NCBI GenBank assembly: GCA_038087875.1
Contig: JAXLNO010000627.1
Location: forward strand, 1-64,000
Direction: 5' to 3'
DNA from: Malacoraja senta
Taxonomy: Eukaryota
DNA: 64,000 nucleotides
The notes under the pieces were generated by a model. That model saw only the letters and a list, made by a program, of their open reading frames with translations, was not told the origin of the DNA and did no database searches. Below, in pieces: positions 13,260 through 26,095 of this stretch (position 1 is its first letter; each line of letters begins with the position of its first letter). The translations under genes were made by a program, and so were the position numbers.

Positions 13260-13329
13260 GGGGTACACCAACAGCGGCAAGTGTCGGGTAGTAAATCCTC
13301 GTTATTCCAGTAAGTAGCAAGCCTCCCAT
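13260..13329 (-). CDS. GPR139/GPR142-like GPCR, coding exon 1
   Basis: ATG at 13329-13327 gives MGGLLLTGITRIYYPTLAAVGVP plus 1 nt, then the donor GTAAGT (13259-13254). The phase matches the exon 2 acceptor and completes TM1 (YYPTLAAVGVP-L-NLVTIVIL). CDS is 969 nt, 322 aa. Confidence 0.88.
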
Positions 13330-14869
13330 GTACTCGGTGAAGTGATTTCTCCTCTGTTCATGCAGCACACCAAGACTGCTGCTAAAACAGGGATGACATG
13401 TTCACGGCATCCTTTGTTATAGCAGAGAGAAATCTCCAGCGGCGCCAGTCTCTTGGCCAACGACGTTAGTTACACTCACTGAACAAACAATCACGCCAGC
13501 TGCTCCCAGTTTAGCGCTCCTGTGGGAATTACAGACTTAAAGTGACACGCCAAACTTCAGAAATAAGTCTTAAAGAAGGAACTGCAGATGCTGGAAAATC
13601 GAAATGCTAACATGGTAGTGAACACAGTCTATGCCAAAATCGGGCAAGACTCACTGACCAACACGTTGCTTCACCTTTAGGAGCAGATAGGTATCTGTCT
13701 CTGTCCTAGTCCTGCCACACCAGGGGATGTGGCTTATAATGACTGACACTGAATGGACTCATTCTGGTGCAGCAACTGTGAACATGTGATTATGAGGGGA
13801 TAGAGTTGCAACAATACATGTGGGCGAATTATGATGTGTATTTTTAAATGCCACATCACATATTCTAACAGCTTCTGACTGTGTGGGAGGGACAGCTGCC
13901 ATCCATACTGGGCCTGGCCCATATGTATGATTGAAAGATACTTTATTGCCACATGTACCGAGGGTACCTAGGTACAGTGAACTGCTTTGTTTTGCATACA
14001 TCCTAGGCAGGACACGTGTCGCCACGTGTTGGCGCACCATGTCTCACCAAGTTGATTGTCCCTGCAGTGCCCTTGTGAAACTGGCGAGGAACGGACATAA
14101 ACTCAGAGACAAGAAGAGCTCCACACGGCGACACACACAGTCATGTTACACTGGGATCCTCCCATAATCCCGCGTCTCAGTGCAACAGGACAAACATCTG
14201 TCACGCTGATATGACCAGGAGGTGCCACATACGTGGCCTTGTAGATTCCCACATGTCACCCAGTCTCCAAGGCCACCATGTGTGCGGCTTTTCCCAGTAC
14301 ATGAAACGTCAACTAACCTAGCGACGAGTTACGAGTAACATTGCTGGAATTACTCAGTCCTAAATCAAGTTCCAATGAGCTGTCACTGATTCCCGACCAT
14401 ATTGGCCTTATGACCACCAGGGCAATGAAAAGAAGGCGAATAAAACGAAGGACTGGGCGGGGCAAGGACACGGGATACTCTGTCTCCCACCACAGTGGCC
14501 GCCAGTCCCACCATTCACCGAGCGGCTCCAGCTCTAAAGGGCGGATCTGCGTGTCCAGGATACTGATATAGCGGCAACACGAGGGAGTCACTGACATAAC
14601 CAGGCTGTTCCCTGACCAATGCACCGGTCACAGCTTCAAGTGTCATTGGCGACGCTGGCGGGGTGTCAACAGCTCTGGCCTCGATACCAATCAGCACTAA
14701 GACCATTGTCCATCCTGTCACTGAGTACCAGACACACCAGATCGATTAATGACGGGTCAACAGGTCGGAACCGGACCTCCTTGATGCTCCCTGAATGAAA
14801 TCAGAAGTATCTGGTACAGTGAATTGCTTTGGATTTAATACAGGTAACGTCATGGAGGTCCAGTTCCGA

Positions 14870-17478
14870 GCCTGGATATAGGATGCAAATTGGCATGTCG
14901 TAAAGGTAATGCTGCGGTTGTTATGAGATTTCAACATGCAGGTAGACTGGGAAAATGAGGTTGGTACTGGACCCCAAGATACGGGGTTTGTGGAGTGCCT
15001 CCGTGATGGATTCTTAGAGCAGCTTGTATTAGAGCCTACCAGGGAGAAGGCAATTCTGGATTTAGTGTTGTGTAATGAACCGGATTTGATAAGGGAACTC
15101 GAGGTAAAGGAGCAATTATGAGGTAGTGACCATAATATTTGTAAGTTTTAATCTACAATTTGAGAGGGAGAAGGGTAAATCGGAGGTGTCCGCGTTACAG
15201 TTGAACAAAGGGGACAATGGAGCCACGAGGGAGGAGCTGGCCAAAGTTGACTGTAAATACACCCTAGCAGGGATGAGAGTGGAACAACACTGGCTGGTAT
15301 TTCTGGGAATAATACAGAAGGTGCAGGATCAGTTCATTCCAAAGACGAAGAAAGATTCCAAGGGGAATAAGGGGCGACCGTGGCTGACAAGGGAAGTCAG
15401 GGACAGTATAAAAATAAAAGAGAAGCAGTACAACATGGCAAAGATGAACGGGAAGCAAGACAATTGGGTAATGTTTAAAGAGCAACAGAAGATAACTAAA
15501 AAGGCAATACGGGGAGAAAAGATGAGGCACGAAAGTAAGCTAGCCAAGAATATAAAGGACGATAGTAAAATCTTCTTCAGCTACGTGAAGAGGAAAAAAC
15601 TAGTTAAGACCAAAGTTGGACCCTTGAAGACTGAAAAAGGTGAATTTATTATGGGGAAAAAGGAATTGGCAGAGGAGTTGAACAGGTACTTTGGATCCGT
15701 CTTCACTGAGGAAGACACAAACAATCTTCCTGATGTACTAGTGGGCAGAGGATCTGGATGGTGGAGGAACTGAAGGAAATCCACATTACGCAGGAAATGG
15801 TGTGGGGTAGACTGATGGGACTGAAGGCTGATAAATCTCCAGGGCCCGATTATCTGCATCCCAGGGTACTAAAGTAAGTGGCTCTAGAAATCGTGGACGC
15901 ATTGGTGTTCATTTTCCAATGATCGATAAATTCAGGATCGGTTCCTGTGGATTGGAAGGTAGCTAATGTTATCCCACTTTTAAAGAAAGGCGGGAGAGAG
16001 AAAACAGGGAATTATAGACCAGTTAGCCTGACATCGGTGGTGGGGAAGATGCTGGAGTCAATCATAAAAGATGAAATAGCCGCACATTTGGATAACAGTA
16101 ACAGGATCGGTCCAAGTCAGCAGGGATTTACGAAGGGGAAATCATGCTTGACTAATCTTCTGCAATTTTTTGACGACGTAACAAGGAAAATGGACACTCC
16201 AAAGTGGGAGATGGCCTCCCACTTTGGATCGTTTAGGGCTTTTTCCTTGCCAAGATACTTCTTCGCTGCTCTCCAAATCCATGCGACTGTCTTGATCAGT
16301 CGAGTTAGAATGCTGAACCGCTTGATATCAACAAGGTTTTGTCCAATTTGTCCAAGTGTACCTGGACTTTCAGAAAGCATTTGATAAGGTCCCACATAGG
16401 AGATAAGTGGGCAAAAGTATGGCGCATGGTATAGTGGGTAGAGTGCTGACATGGATAGAAAAATCGTTGGTAGACAGGAAACTAACAGTAGGGATAACGG
16501 GTCCCTTTCAGAATGGCAGGCAGTGACTAGTGGGGTACCGCAAAGCTCGGTGCTGGGACCACAGCTATTTACAAAAAACATCAATGATTTAGATGAAGGG
16601 ATTCAAAGTACCATTAGCAATTTGCAGATGGCACAAAGCTGGGTGGCAGTGTAAACTATGAGGAGGATGCTATGAGAATGCAGGGTGACTTGGACAGGTT
16701 GGGTGAATGGGCAAATGCATGGCAGATGCAGTTTAATGTGGATAAATGTGAGGTTTTCCACTTTGGTAGGAAAAACAGGAAGGCAGATTATTATCTAAAT
16801 GATGATAAGTTGGGGAAAAGGGATGTACAACGGGATCTGGGGCTCCCTGTTCATCAGCAAATGAAAGTAAGCATGCAGGTACAGCAGGCAGTGAATAAAA
16901 GGGAGTGGCATGTTGGCCTTCATAACAAGAGGAGTTGAGTATAAGAGCAAAGAGGTCCTTCTGCAGTTGTATAGGACCCCAGTGAGACCACACCTGGAGT
17001 ATTGTGTGCAGTTTTGGTCCCCTAATTTGAGGAAGCACATTATTGCTATTGACGGAGTGCAGTGTAGGTTCACAAGGTTAATTCCCGGCAAGGCGGGTCT
17101 GTCATATGCTGAGATAATGGAGCGGCTGGGCTTGTATATTCCGGAATTTAGAAGGATGAGAGGGCATCTTATTGAAACATATAAGATTATTAAGGGTTTG
17201 GACACGCTAGAGGCAGGAAACATGTTCCCGTTGTTTGTGGAGTCCAGAACCAGGGGCCACAGCTTAAGAATAAGAGTTAAGGCATTTAGAACGGAGATGA
17301 GGAAACACTTTTTCACACAGAGAGTTGTGAGTCTGTGTCAGAGGGCGGTGGAGGCCGGTTCTCTGGATACTTTCAAGAGATAGCTAAATAGGGCTCTTAA
17401 AAATAGCGGAGTCAGGGGATGGGGTCAGGGGATATGGGGAGAAGGCAGGAACTGGGTACTGATTGGGGATTGACCATG
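14870..17478 (+). mobile_element. CR1 LINE ORF2 fragment (endonuclease C-terminal part, RT, partial 3' UTR)
   Basis: ORFs 14936-15121, 15126-15773, 15947-16384, 16451-16654, 16672-16938 and 16910-17383 carry CR1 motifs ([32 protein letters not shown]). Confidence 0.95.
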
Positions 17479-19008
17479 ACGATCCGTCGCCCTTGACGAT
17501 GGCCGGATCATGTGGATCACACCATCTTGTCGAAAGTCGGCACACCCATTAAGTGGATAATGATAAAACACGTCTGGATTAAAAAAAATACTCTGAATGT
17601 CCGGAGATTTCCGACATCATCTCCATTACCGATATTGACTGAGCGGAACACGCGAGCCTTCCAGACAAAGAACGAATGACTGCTGCCATTCCCCGCCACA
17701 AGAGACAACTTGTGGCTTTTTCTGTTTCCTTCCCGATGTCTTTCTACCACTCACGTCAGCTCATCCATTTAGATTCACACCGAACTATGGGGAATTGGTT
17801 GAGGGTACTGGTCAGAGTAGAGCACTGCGGATCCGAGATATGGTGACTCAGTCAGCGTCGAATCAGAATAGGTTCTTCCTGAGAACCCACGTCACCTTGA
17901 ATGTTCTGTGTTGTCACAAATTTCTTGTCCATCAAGAGCAGAGTAATCAGAACCTCGATCTAACCGGACCCACACCATGTTCTCTGTCAACGGCAGTGAA
18001 GCTGAACCAGCCGGCAGCACTGACTCACAACTGTGGGAGCCGGCGCTCAATTGGCCGCACTTTATTTCGGCCCCGTACGTTCCCGATTCCGGCTAGAACA
18101 TCACGAGGCCTTCCATGACGGGGCACAGAATGAGAAACAGCTGAACTGCTCCATCACAGGCCTGTCAAATACACGCAGTGCAGTGTGTACACGCGTTCCC
18201 ATGTTACTCACACAGGGCAGTGACGATGCTGACCAAAATAAAATTATAAACATCTCAACGTCGCACGTGACGGAAACGAACTTCTCTCCAAGGTCCATAT
18301 ACAAAAGAGAGTGTATAGAAATCAGCCCTTTATTTTGTGTTTCATACCTTTATTACCATAAGGCAGCGAGAGACCAGCACTGTGTCTAATTGCAGTGGGC
18401 AGCCGTTTAGAGAAACAGAAGTATAATATGAATTGTGTAATGACGATGCAAGCAACAACATTTCGGCCTGGGCTATGGAGAGATGGACCTTCTGAAAACC
18501 GCAGCAGAGCACCGGAATACGGAAATACAGGGAACGTCAACACGGCCAAACGATACTGGAAAGCCATAGACCGTTTACACTCCAATGATTGGCTCGGATC
18601 AAGGACAAACTAACGCACCTACTCCGTGTAAGTCCACTGCAAGTACAACAGCACGAAACTTCAAGGAAAGGGCAAACAGAGTAGGCGTCTTGCCATTGCA
18701 ATGTCAGAACACAGACTGTACAAAGTCACCTAGCACAGTAAGTGTCCTGGTCTTTGAACCAAGTGATCTGTCCTGTGTACTAAAACACTCTGAACACAAA
18801 TGAGGTAAGTCTATTCTTGGAAAACCGTGCAGACAATCTCAGGTCAGGTGCAGCCTCAGATCAGTCATAAGAGATAGGAGTAGAATTAAGCAATTCGGCC
18901 CATCAAGTCTATTCCGCCATTCACTCACGGCTGATCAATCTCTCCCTCCTAACCCCATGTTCCTGCCTTCTCCCCATAATATCTGACACCTGTACTATTC
19001 AAGAACCT

Positions 19009-19765
19009 AATCATAATCATAATCATACTTTATTAGCCAAGTTTATTTTGCAACATACGAGAAATTTGATTTGCCATACAGTCATACCATTAAATAGCAA
19101 CAAAACACACAAAATGCATTTTAACATGAACATCCACCACAGTGACTCCTCCACATTCCTCACGGTGATGGACTGCGAAAAATAAGTCCAATCTCTTCCC
19201 TTCATTGTTCTCCCGTGGTCGGGGGCCTGCCTCGAGCCTTCCGTTGACGGACGATCTTGGCTCCCGCGGCGGTTGCCTCACCCCCCCCCCCCCCGCGTCG
19301 GGGCGATCAAGCTCCTACATCGAGGGATGCCCGCTCCCTGCGCCCGGAGGCTGGTCGAACCTTCTGCGTCGTTTGGAGCTTCCCGATATCGTCTCTATCC
19401 GAGACTGCGAGCTCCTCAATGGTGAAATCCGCAGGCCACGGATGGAGCGTCGATCCCAGGCAAGGAATCGGCTCCGATGGTAAGTCCACGTCCCCGCGGT
19501 GGGGCTCAAAGTCAGTCCCGAGCAAGACCTCCAGCTCCATGATGTTAGGCCGCAGAGCGACCGGAGATACGATCCGGAAAACAATCGCATCTCCGGCAAG
19601 GTAAGAGATTGAAATAAAGTTTTCCCGACCCCCTCCCCAAACACCACGTAAAACAAACAAGAGAACATTAACACAAACTTTAAAAACACACAAAAAATAA
19701 CAAAAAAGACGAAAAGACCGACAGAATGTTGGCGAAGCTGCCATCGTCCTGCCCCCCTCCCCCCC
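19009..19765 (-). mobile_element. Non-autonomous GC-rich retroelement (SINE-like) with short-repeat tail
   Basis: (AATCAT)n tail at 19009-19027. Shares atggcagc.tcgccaaca, ggagatgcgatt and ccatcac.gtgaggaatgtgg blocks with 27893-28550. Interrupts a CR1. Confidence 0.6.
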
Positions 19766-20099
19766 GGTCTCTTAGATCTATCTGCCTTAAGAATATCCAC
19801 TGACTTGGCCTCCACAACCTTCTGTGGCAAATAATTCCACAGATTAACCTCCCTCTTGTTTCTTTGTCTCCTTCCAAAAAGAAAGTCCTTTAATTCTGAG
19901 GCTAACGACCCTAGTCCTAGGCGCTCCCATTATGGGACACATCCTCTCCACATTCACTCTATACAACCCTTCCTCTGTATGTTTCACTGAGGTCCCCCGT
20001 TATTCTTCTAAACTCTAGCGAGTACAGCCCCAGTGCCGACAAACGCTCATCATTGGTTAACCTACTTATTCCAGGGATCATCTTGTAAACCTCATCTGG

Positions 20100-20525
20100 C
20101 GGAATGGTACGATTCGGCGGCGCCGTTTGGGCGCTGCCGTTTGGGCGCCGCCGTTTGGGCGCTGCCGTTTGGGCGCCTCTGTTTCGGGGTGTTAGAGTTA
20201 GGGTTAGGGTATGGGTTAGGGTATGGGTTAGGGTTAGGGTTAGGGTGCCACAGCGGTGGGCCAGTGGAAACCATTTTCCAAACTTGTTAACATAAAGCTG
20301 ATCTCACTTGCAATATCCTTGGCATAGGAACTTCTTGCAGAGGGTGATGAATCTCTGGAATTCACTATCCCGGACTATTGTGACGCATGGAACACTTTTA
20401 TTTATCTGGAGGTATTTACAGAGGTTAGGGTTAGGGTTAGGGTTAGGGTTCTGATGAGTACAGATATTATAAACGGCAGCGCCGAAACAGCGGCGCCGGA
20501 ACTGCAGCGCCGAAAAGTACCCGAC
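20100..20525. mobile_element. MULE-like non-autonomous DNA element with internal telomeric repeats
   Basis: Interrupts a CR1 with the flanking duplication CCTCATCTGG (20090-20099 and 20526-20535). Inverted arrays of a 14-bp unit TTT(G/C)GGCGC(C/T)GCCG at both ends. (TTAGGG)n tracts at 20191-20246 and 20423-20450. Confidence 0.55.
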
Positions 20526-23500
20526 CCTCATCTGGACCCTCTCCAGAGCCAGCACATCCAGATATGGTGCCCAGAATTGCTCACAATATTCCAAAGGCCT
20601 TCCCAGCACATTATGGAGCCTAAACATTACATCACTGTTTTTGTATACAAACCCTCTTGAAATAAATGCTAGCATTGAGATTGCTTTCTTTACTACTGAT
20701 TCAACTTGCAGATTAACATTTTGGGAATCCGGCACTAGCACTCCAAAGTCCCATTGCACCTCCGATTTCTGGATTCTCTCCCCATTTAGAAAATATTCTC
20801 TCCGCCTTGAACCTGCTACCAAAATGCATAATTCCACACTTTGCTACGCTATATTCCATCTGCCACTTCACTGCGCACTATCCCAACCTGCCCAAGTCCT
20901 TCTGCAGAATCCCGGCTTTCTATACACTACCTGCCCTCCACCTATTTTCGAATTATCTGCAAACTTGGCGGCAAAGCCTTTAATCCCCTCGTTCAAATCA
21001 TTAAGATACAACATGAAGAGTAGCGGCCACAGCATCGACCCCTGCGGGACACCGCTAGTCACTGGCAGCCAACCAGAAAAAGCCCCCTTTATTTACATTC
21101 TTTGTCTTCTGCCATTCAGCCAACCTGCTATCCATACTTGTGTCTGCCCTTTGATACCATCGGCTCCCATCTTCCTTAGCAGCCTCACGTGTGGCACCTT
21201 ATCAAAGGCTTTCCGAAAATCTAAGGAAGCAACATCTATTGACTCTCCTTTGTCTGTCTTGCTATTTACTTCTTTAAATAATTCCAGCAAATTTGTCAAC
21301 CAAGACCTCCCCTTCACAAAGCCATGCGGACTTTGGCCTATTTTATTGTGAACTTCTCAGTACTCCGTAACCTCATCATTTATAACGGACTCTAAAATCT
21401 TACCAACAACCTTAGTCATACTAAGCAGCCTACAGTTCCCATTATCCTTCTTGTGCAGCGGGGTAATGTTGGCAATTTTCCAATCGTCTGAGAACACTCC
21501 TGACTCTAGTGATTCTTGATATATCACTATCAACGCCTCTCCCATCTCTAAAGCCACCTCTTTCAGAACCCGAGGGTGCATTCCATCCAGTCCAAGTGAA
21601 TTATCCACTTTCTGCCCACTCAGCATCCCAAGCACGTACTCCATTGTAATAGCCATCCATTAACATCTACTCCATGACTCTCTTGCATTTCAGGCACGTT
21701 GCTGGTGTCTTCCACTGTGAAGACTGTAGCAAAAAAGTTATTAAACTCCTCTGCCATTACTTCATTCCCCATTATCACTTTTCCTGCATCATTCTCCAGC
21801 TGTCCAACTTCAACTCTTGCCTCTTTCTTACTCTTTGTATAAGTGAAGAAACTCTTCCAATCCTCTTGTATATTATTGCCTAGCTTCCTTTCGTATTTCA
21901 TAATTTCTCCCCGTATTACCTTTTTAGTTACCTTCGGTTGTTCTTTAAACGCTTCCCAATATTCTGGCTTCGCACGAATCTTTGCTATGTTATACGTCTT
22001 CTCTTTTAGTTTTATACTGTCCTTGACTTCCCTTGACAGCCTCGGTCGCCTCTTTCTCCCCCTAGAATCGTTCTTCCTGTTTTGAATGAAAAGATCCTGC
22101 AACTTCCAGATTATTCCCAGCAATTCCTTCCATTACTGTTCCACTGTCATCCCTGCTGGGTTCCCTTCCCAGTCAACTTTGGTCAGCTCCTCCCTCGTGC
22201 CTCTGTAGTCCCCTGTCCTCATCTGCAATACCAGCACATCCGATTTCACCTTCTCCCTCTCAAATTGCAGATTAAAAGGTATCATATTGTGGTCGCCACC
22301 TCTTCATGGTACCTATACATTGAGTTCTTTTTATCAAACCCCGTCCATTGCATAACACTAAATCGAGAATTCCTTCTCCCTGGTGGGCTCCACAACAAGC
22401 TGCTCTAAGAATCCATCTCGGCGATACTCTACAAATTCCCTTTCTTGGGGTCCAGTACCAACCTGATTGTTCCAGTCCACCTGCATATTGAAATCTCCCA
22501 TGATCACATTCACCAAAAAAAAAGCCTTTTCTACATGCCAACTTTATCTCCTCATGTAATTGTATCGTGGTTACTGTTTGGTGGCCTGTAAATAACCTCC
22601 ATTGGGATCTGTTTACCCTTATAATTTCTCAGCTCTATCCACAATGACTGTACATTTTCTGATCCTATGTCACAGCTTGCAAAGGACGGAAATCATTCCT
22701 AACCAACAGATCTACCTCACCCCCTCTGCCCATCTTTCTGTCTTACCCATACGACGTAAAACCCTGAATATTCAACTCCTAGCTCCGATCCTCTTGCAGC
22801 TACGTCCCCATAATTCCCACAACATCATACCTACAAATCTATATCTGTGCTACAAGCTCATCCACTTTGTTTCTTATACTATGCAATTCAAATACAACAC
22901 CTTGAATTAGGTATTTGCCTCCCTTGTTATATCGGTCCCGATTTTACCCATGTTACTCTCTTATCCCTTCTTGAACTTGCCGCCCCAATAATTCGGGAAA
23001 CTTCTGTAACATTTCCCGCACTCTCTTTCCGTTTAATTCCACCGTTACACTTCCAATTTGTTATCCCACACCACCTATTTAGTTTGAAGTTCAATCCACA
23101 GTCCTGGTTATAAGTTTGCCAGAGTCTGGTTCCAGTATAGTCCGTCCCGTCGGAACAGTTCCTTCCTTTCCCAATACTGGTGGCAATGTTTAAGAAAGAA
23201 CTGCAGATGCTGGTAAATCGAAGGTAGACACAAAATGCTGGAGTAACTCCGCGGGTGTGGCAGCATCTATGGAGAGAAGCAATTGGCGACGTTTCGGGTC
23301 GAGACACTTCTTCAGACAATGTCTGAATGCCAATGTCCTACAAATTCAAAAGCACTTCTTCCATACCCGTCTTTGAGGCACGTATTCAACTCGTATTCAA
23401 CACTCTAATCCTCTCAATCCCACGCCACGGCTCGGGCAGCAATCCAAAGATTATTAACTTCTTGGTTCTTCTTTTCAATTTGGTACCTAGCTGCTCAAAA

Positions 23501-25243
23501 TCCTTTAATTTCCCCGTTCTACCTAGGCCAATGGTAACAACATAGACCACGACGACCGGATATTTTCCCTCCCACTCCACGTTCCTCTGCAGGTCAGACG
23601 AGATGTCCTGAACTCGGGCACCAAGGAGGCAACACAGCCTTCGGAACTCTCGATCCTCGCTACAGAAAACAGTGACAAAGCCTCCAACTATACTGTCCCT
23701 AATGACAAATACGCTTTCTTCCTCACATAGATACATAGACAATAGGTACAGAAGTAGGCCATTCGGTCCTTCGAGCCATCACCGCCATTCAATGTGATCA
23801 TGGCTGATCATCCACAATCAGTACCCCGTTCCAGCCTTCTCCCCATACCCCATTGATTCCGCTAGCCCTAAGAGCTCTCTCTACTCCTGCTCTTGCTCCC
23901 TCTCGGATGGACCCCTGAACCATTGTGCCCTGGTCAGGTTGCTCATCCTTCCTACAGTCCTCCATTCAGTCCTCACCTCTGTTCCCCTGCCTGCTTCACT
24001 AGCAGTCACACCCTCAACGTCACCATGGACCACGTTGGAAGCAGTTACTCTGGCAGGTGTAACTACCTCCATAAACACAGCGTCCAGGTAATTCTCCCCA
24101 TCCTTGATGTGCCTCAGCGTTTGTAGCTCAGACTCCAGTTCGTCCACCTTCAGTATTAGTTCTCAACTCAACTAGCATTTGCTGCAGATGTGGTCACCAG
24201 GATTGACCAAGGGGTCCACCAGCTCCCACATAATGCAACTGCAGCACATCGCGTGATCCTGCATGTCTCCTTTGCGTATCTCACAATCCTTCACGAAGCT
24301 TCCCATTTGCTGTTGCTCTGGGTCTTGCAGGTCCGCTCCTCTCTCCTCATCCCTTCTCATCGAAGCCTCTTGAGTCAAAGCCTCAACACTCACTTTTCGT
24401 CCACACGACACTTCCCTGAATACGGCCGCTCCCAATAGGCCGCTCTGCTATCCTGACTTCCCTTTGATTTGCTTCAAACAATCTCCAGCTAAGCCTATCG
24501 GACGCCTGTTTCACTCTAATGTCCTGCCCCCACAATTAGCATTCTGAAACTTCTGCTCCTTATCGAGTCCACACACAAGATTAGATCTACTTCAGCCAGA
24601 GCTGAACACACTTCTTGGCATCTGCATACAATGGTGTCTGTCTTGTGCTTCTTGTGCGTGGGGGTGGAAAGATTGGTGAAAACAGGGCCGCGACGTGAAC
24701 GCACTTTCCTTGACCCTACTCTGAAACGGCAACTAACTTCTTCCCGCAGATTTTTAAAATCCTTTAGCTTTTATAAGACAGATTCTTACTTGCAGCAAGA
24801 TGCCTCTTCTCCTTCTGCCTTCAGTTTTTGCAGCAGAAAAACTCTGGCGATAATGTCAAAGAGAACAGTGCAAGGACGGAGATAACGATCATGTCCAGAG
24901 GACAAATGACAATATGGAATGGGATAAAATGGAATATTTGGTGTCACGTTTAACAAGGCACAGTGAAATTCTTTGCTTGCATTCACAAAGTATGCAAATA
25001 GCAGCCACCTACGGCGCTGACAAAGTTACAAATTAAACTGGCTCCTCCTTTGTTCTCCCCTCTCCCCCACAACGGTTCCCCCCCGACGGGTCCCCAATGT
25101 CCATTGTTCCCCCCCTCCATCACGGTGGCCCCCTACGCCGGGTCCTTCGTTGCTCTTCCCATCCCACCTCACGGCGGTCCCCACACGCTCTCATCGACTG
25201 CCGACCACGGGTGGACTCGCTAGGCGTCGCCGCCACCGCGGTG

Positions 25244-25522
25244 CTTCACCACCGCCGAGGCCGTATCGCCGCGACCCTTCACCACCGCCGAGGCCGTATC
25301 GCCGCGAAGCTTCACCGCCGCCGAGGCTCCATCGCTGCGACGCGTCGCCACCGCCGAGGCTCCTTCGCTGCGAGGCTTCACCACCGCCGAGGCTCCATCG
25401 CCGCGAAGCTTCACCGCCGCCGAGGCTCCATCGCCGCGAGGCTTCACCACCGCCGAGGCTCGATCACCGCGAGGCTTCACCACCGCCGAGGCTCCATCGC
25501 CGCGAAGCTTCACTGCCGCCGA
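25244..25522. repeat. 33-bp GC-rich minisatellite, about 8.5 units
   Basis: Unit CTTCACCACCGCCGAGGCTCCATCGCCGCGAGG, visible as the 11-aa LHHRRGSIAAR repeat in the ORF track. Confidence 0.9.
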
Positions 25523-25629
25523 TGCCTCACCGATGCCGAGGCCCCACCGTCACCGATGCTCAATGCTGCCATTGAGGCTCCATTCGGCCCAGGCTGGCTT
25601 CGCCGACCAGCTTGTCTGCAGCCTCCTGG

Positions 25630-26095
25630 CGGTCTGTGGGGGCGAGGAATTAGTAGGTTAGCCTATCATTCGCATTTGTCGGCACTGGGCCTGTACTCGC
25701 TGGTGTTTAGAAGAATGAGGGGACCTCATTGAACCATACAGAATAGTGAAAGGCTTGGGTAGAGTGGATGTGGAGAGGATATTTCCACTCGTGGGAGAGT
25801 CTTGGACTAGAAGTCATAGCCTCAGAATTAAATGACGTTGTTTTAGGAAGGAGATGAAGATACATTTATTTAATCAGAGGGTGGTGACTGTGGAATTCAT
25901 TGCCACAGAAGGCTGTGGTTGCCAAGTCAGTGTGTATTTTTAAAGCAGAGGCAGATAGATTCTTGATTAGTACAGGTTTCAGAGGTTATGGGGAGAGGAC
26001 AGGAGAATTGGATTAGGAGGGAGAGATAGATCAGCCATGATTGAATGGAGGAGTGGGCTTGATGGGAGTAGAATTCTACTCCTCTCTTATGACCT
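25630..26095 (+). mobile_element. CR1 LINE, 3' fragment
   Basis: LSALGLYSLVFRRMRG followed by the CR1 3' UTR (gatcagccatgattgaatgg). Confidence 0.85.

Larger units (their letters stand above)
18865..24480 (-). mobile_element. Near full-length decayed CR1 LINE (5' UTR, ORF1 zinc finger + esterase, ORF2) with nested insertions
   Basis: ORF1 remnants CCSCIMWEL...HICSKC (24172-24435) and VIRDSIV...CCLLGARVQD (23386-23742). ORF2 remnants span 20300-22900. 3' end near 18865. Interrupted at about 19009-19765, 20100-20525, 23190-23318 (Penelope tail) and 23725-23880 (another CR1 3' end). Confidence 0.9.

Noticed and set aside
14313..14721. Short ORFs in GC-moderate unique sequence
   Set aside because: No recognisable homology or exon boundaries.
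20191..20450. Relic of a chromosome-end fusion
   Set aside because: The tracts are short, co-oriented and inside a TSD-flanked insertion.
25097..25732. 211-aa Arg/His-rich protamine-like ORF
   Set aside because: Produced by a 33-bp minisatellite and runs into a CR1 fragment.
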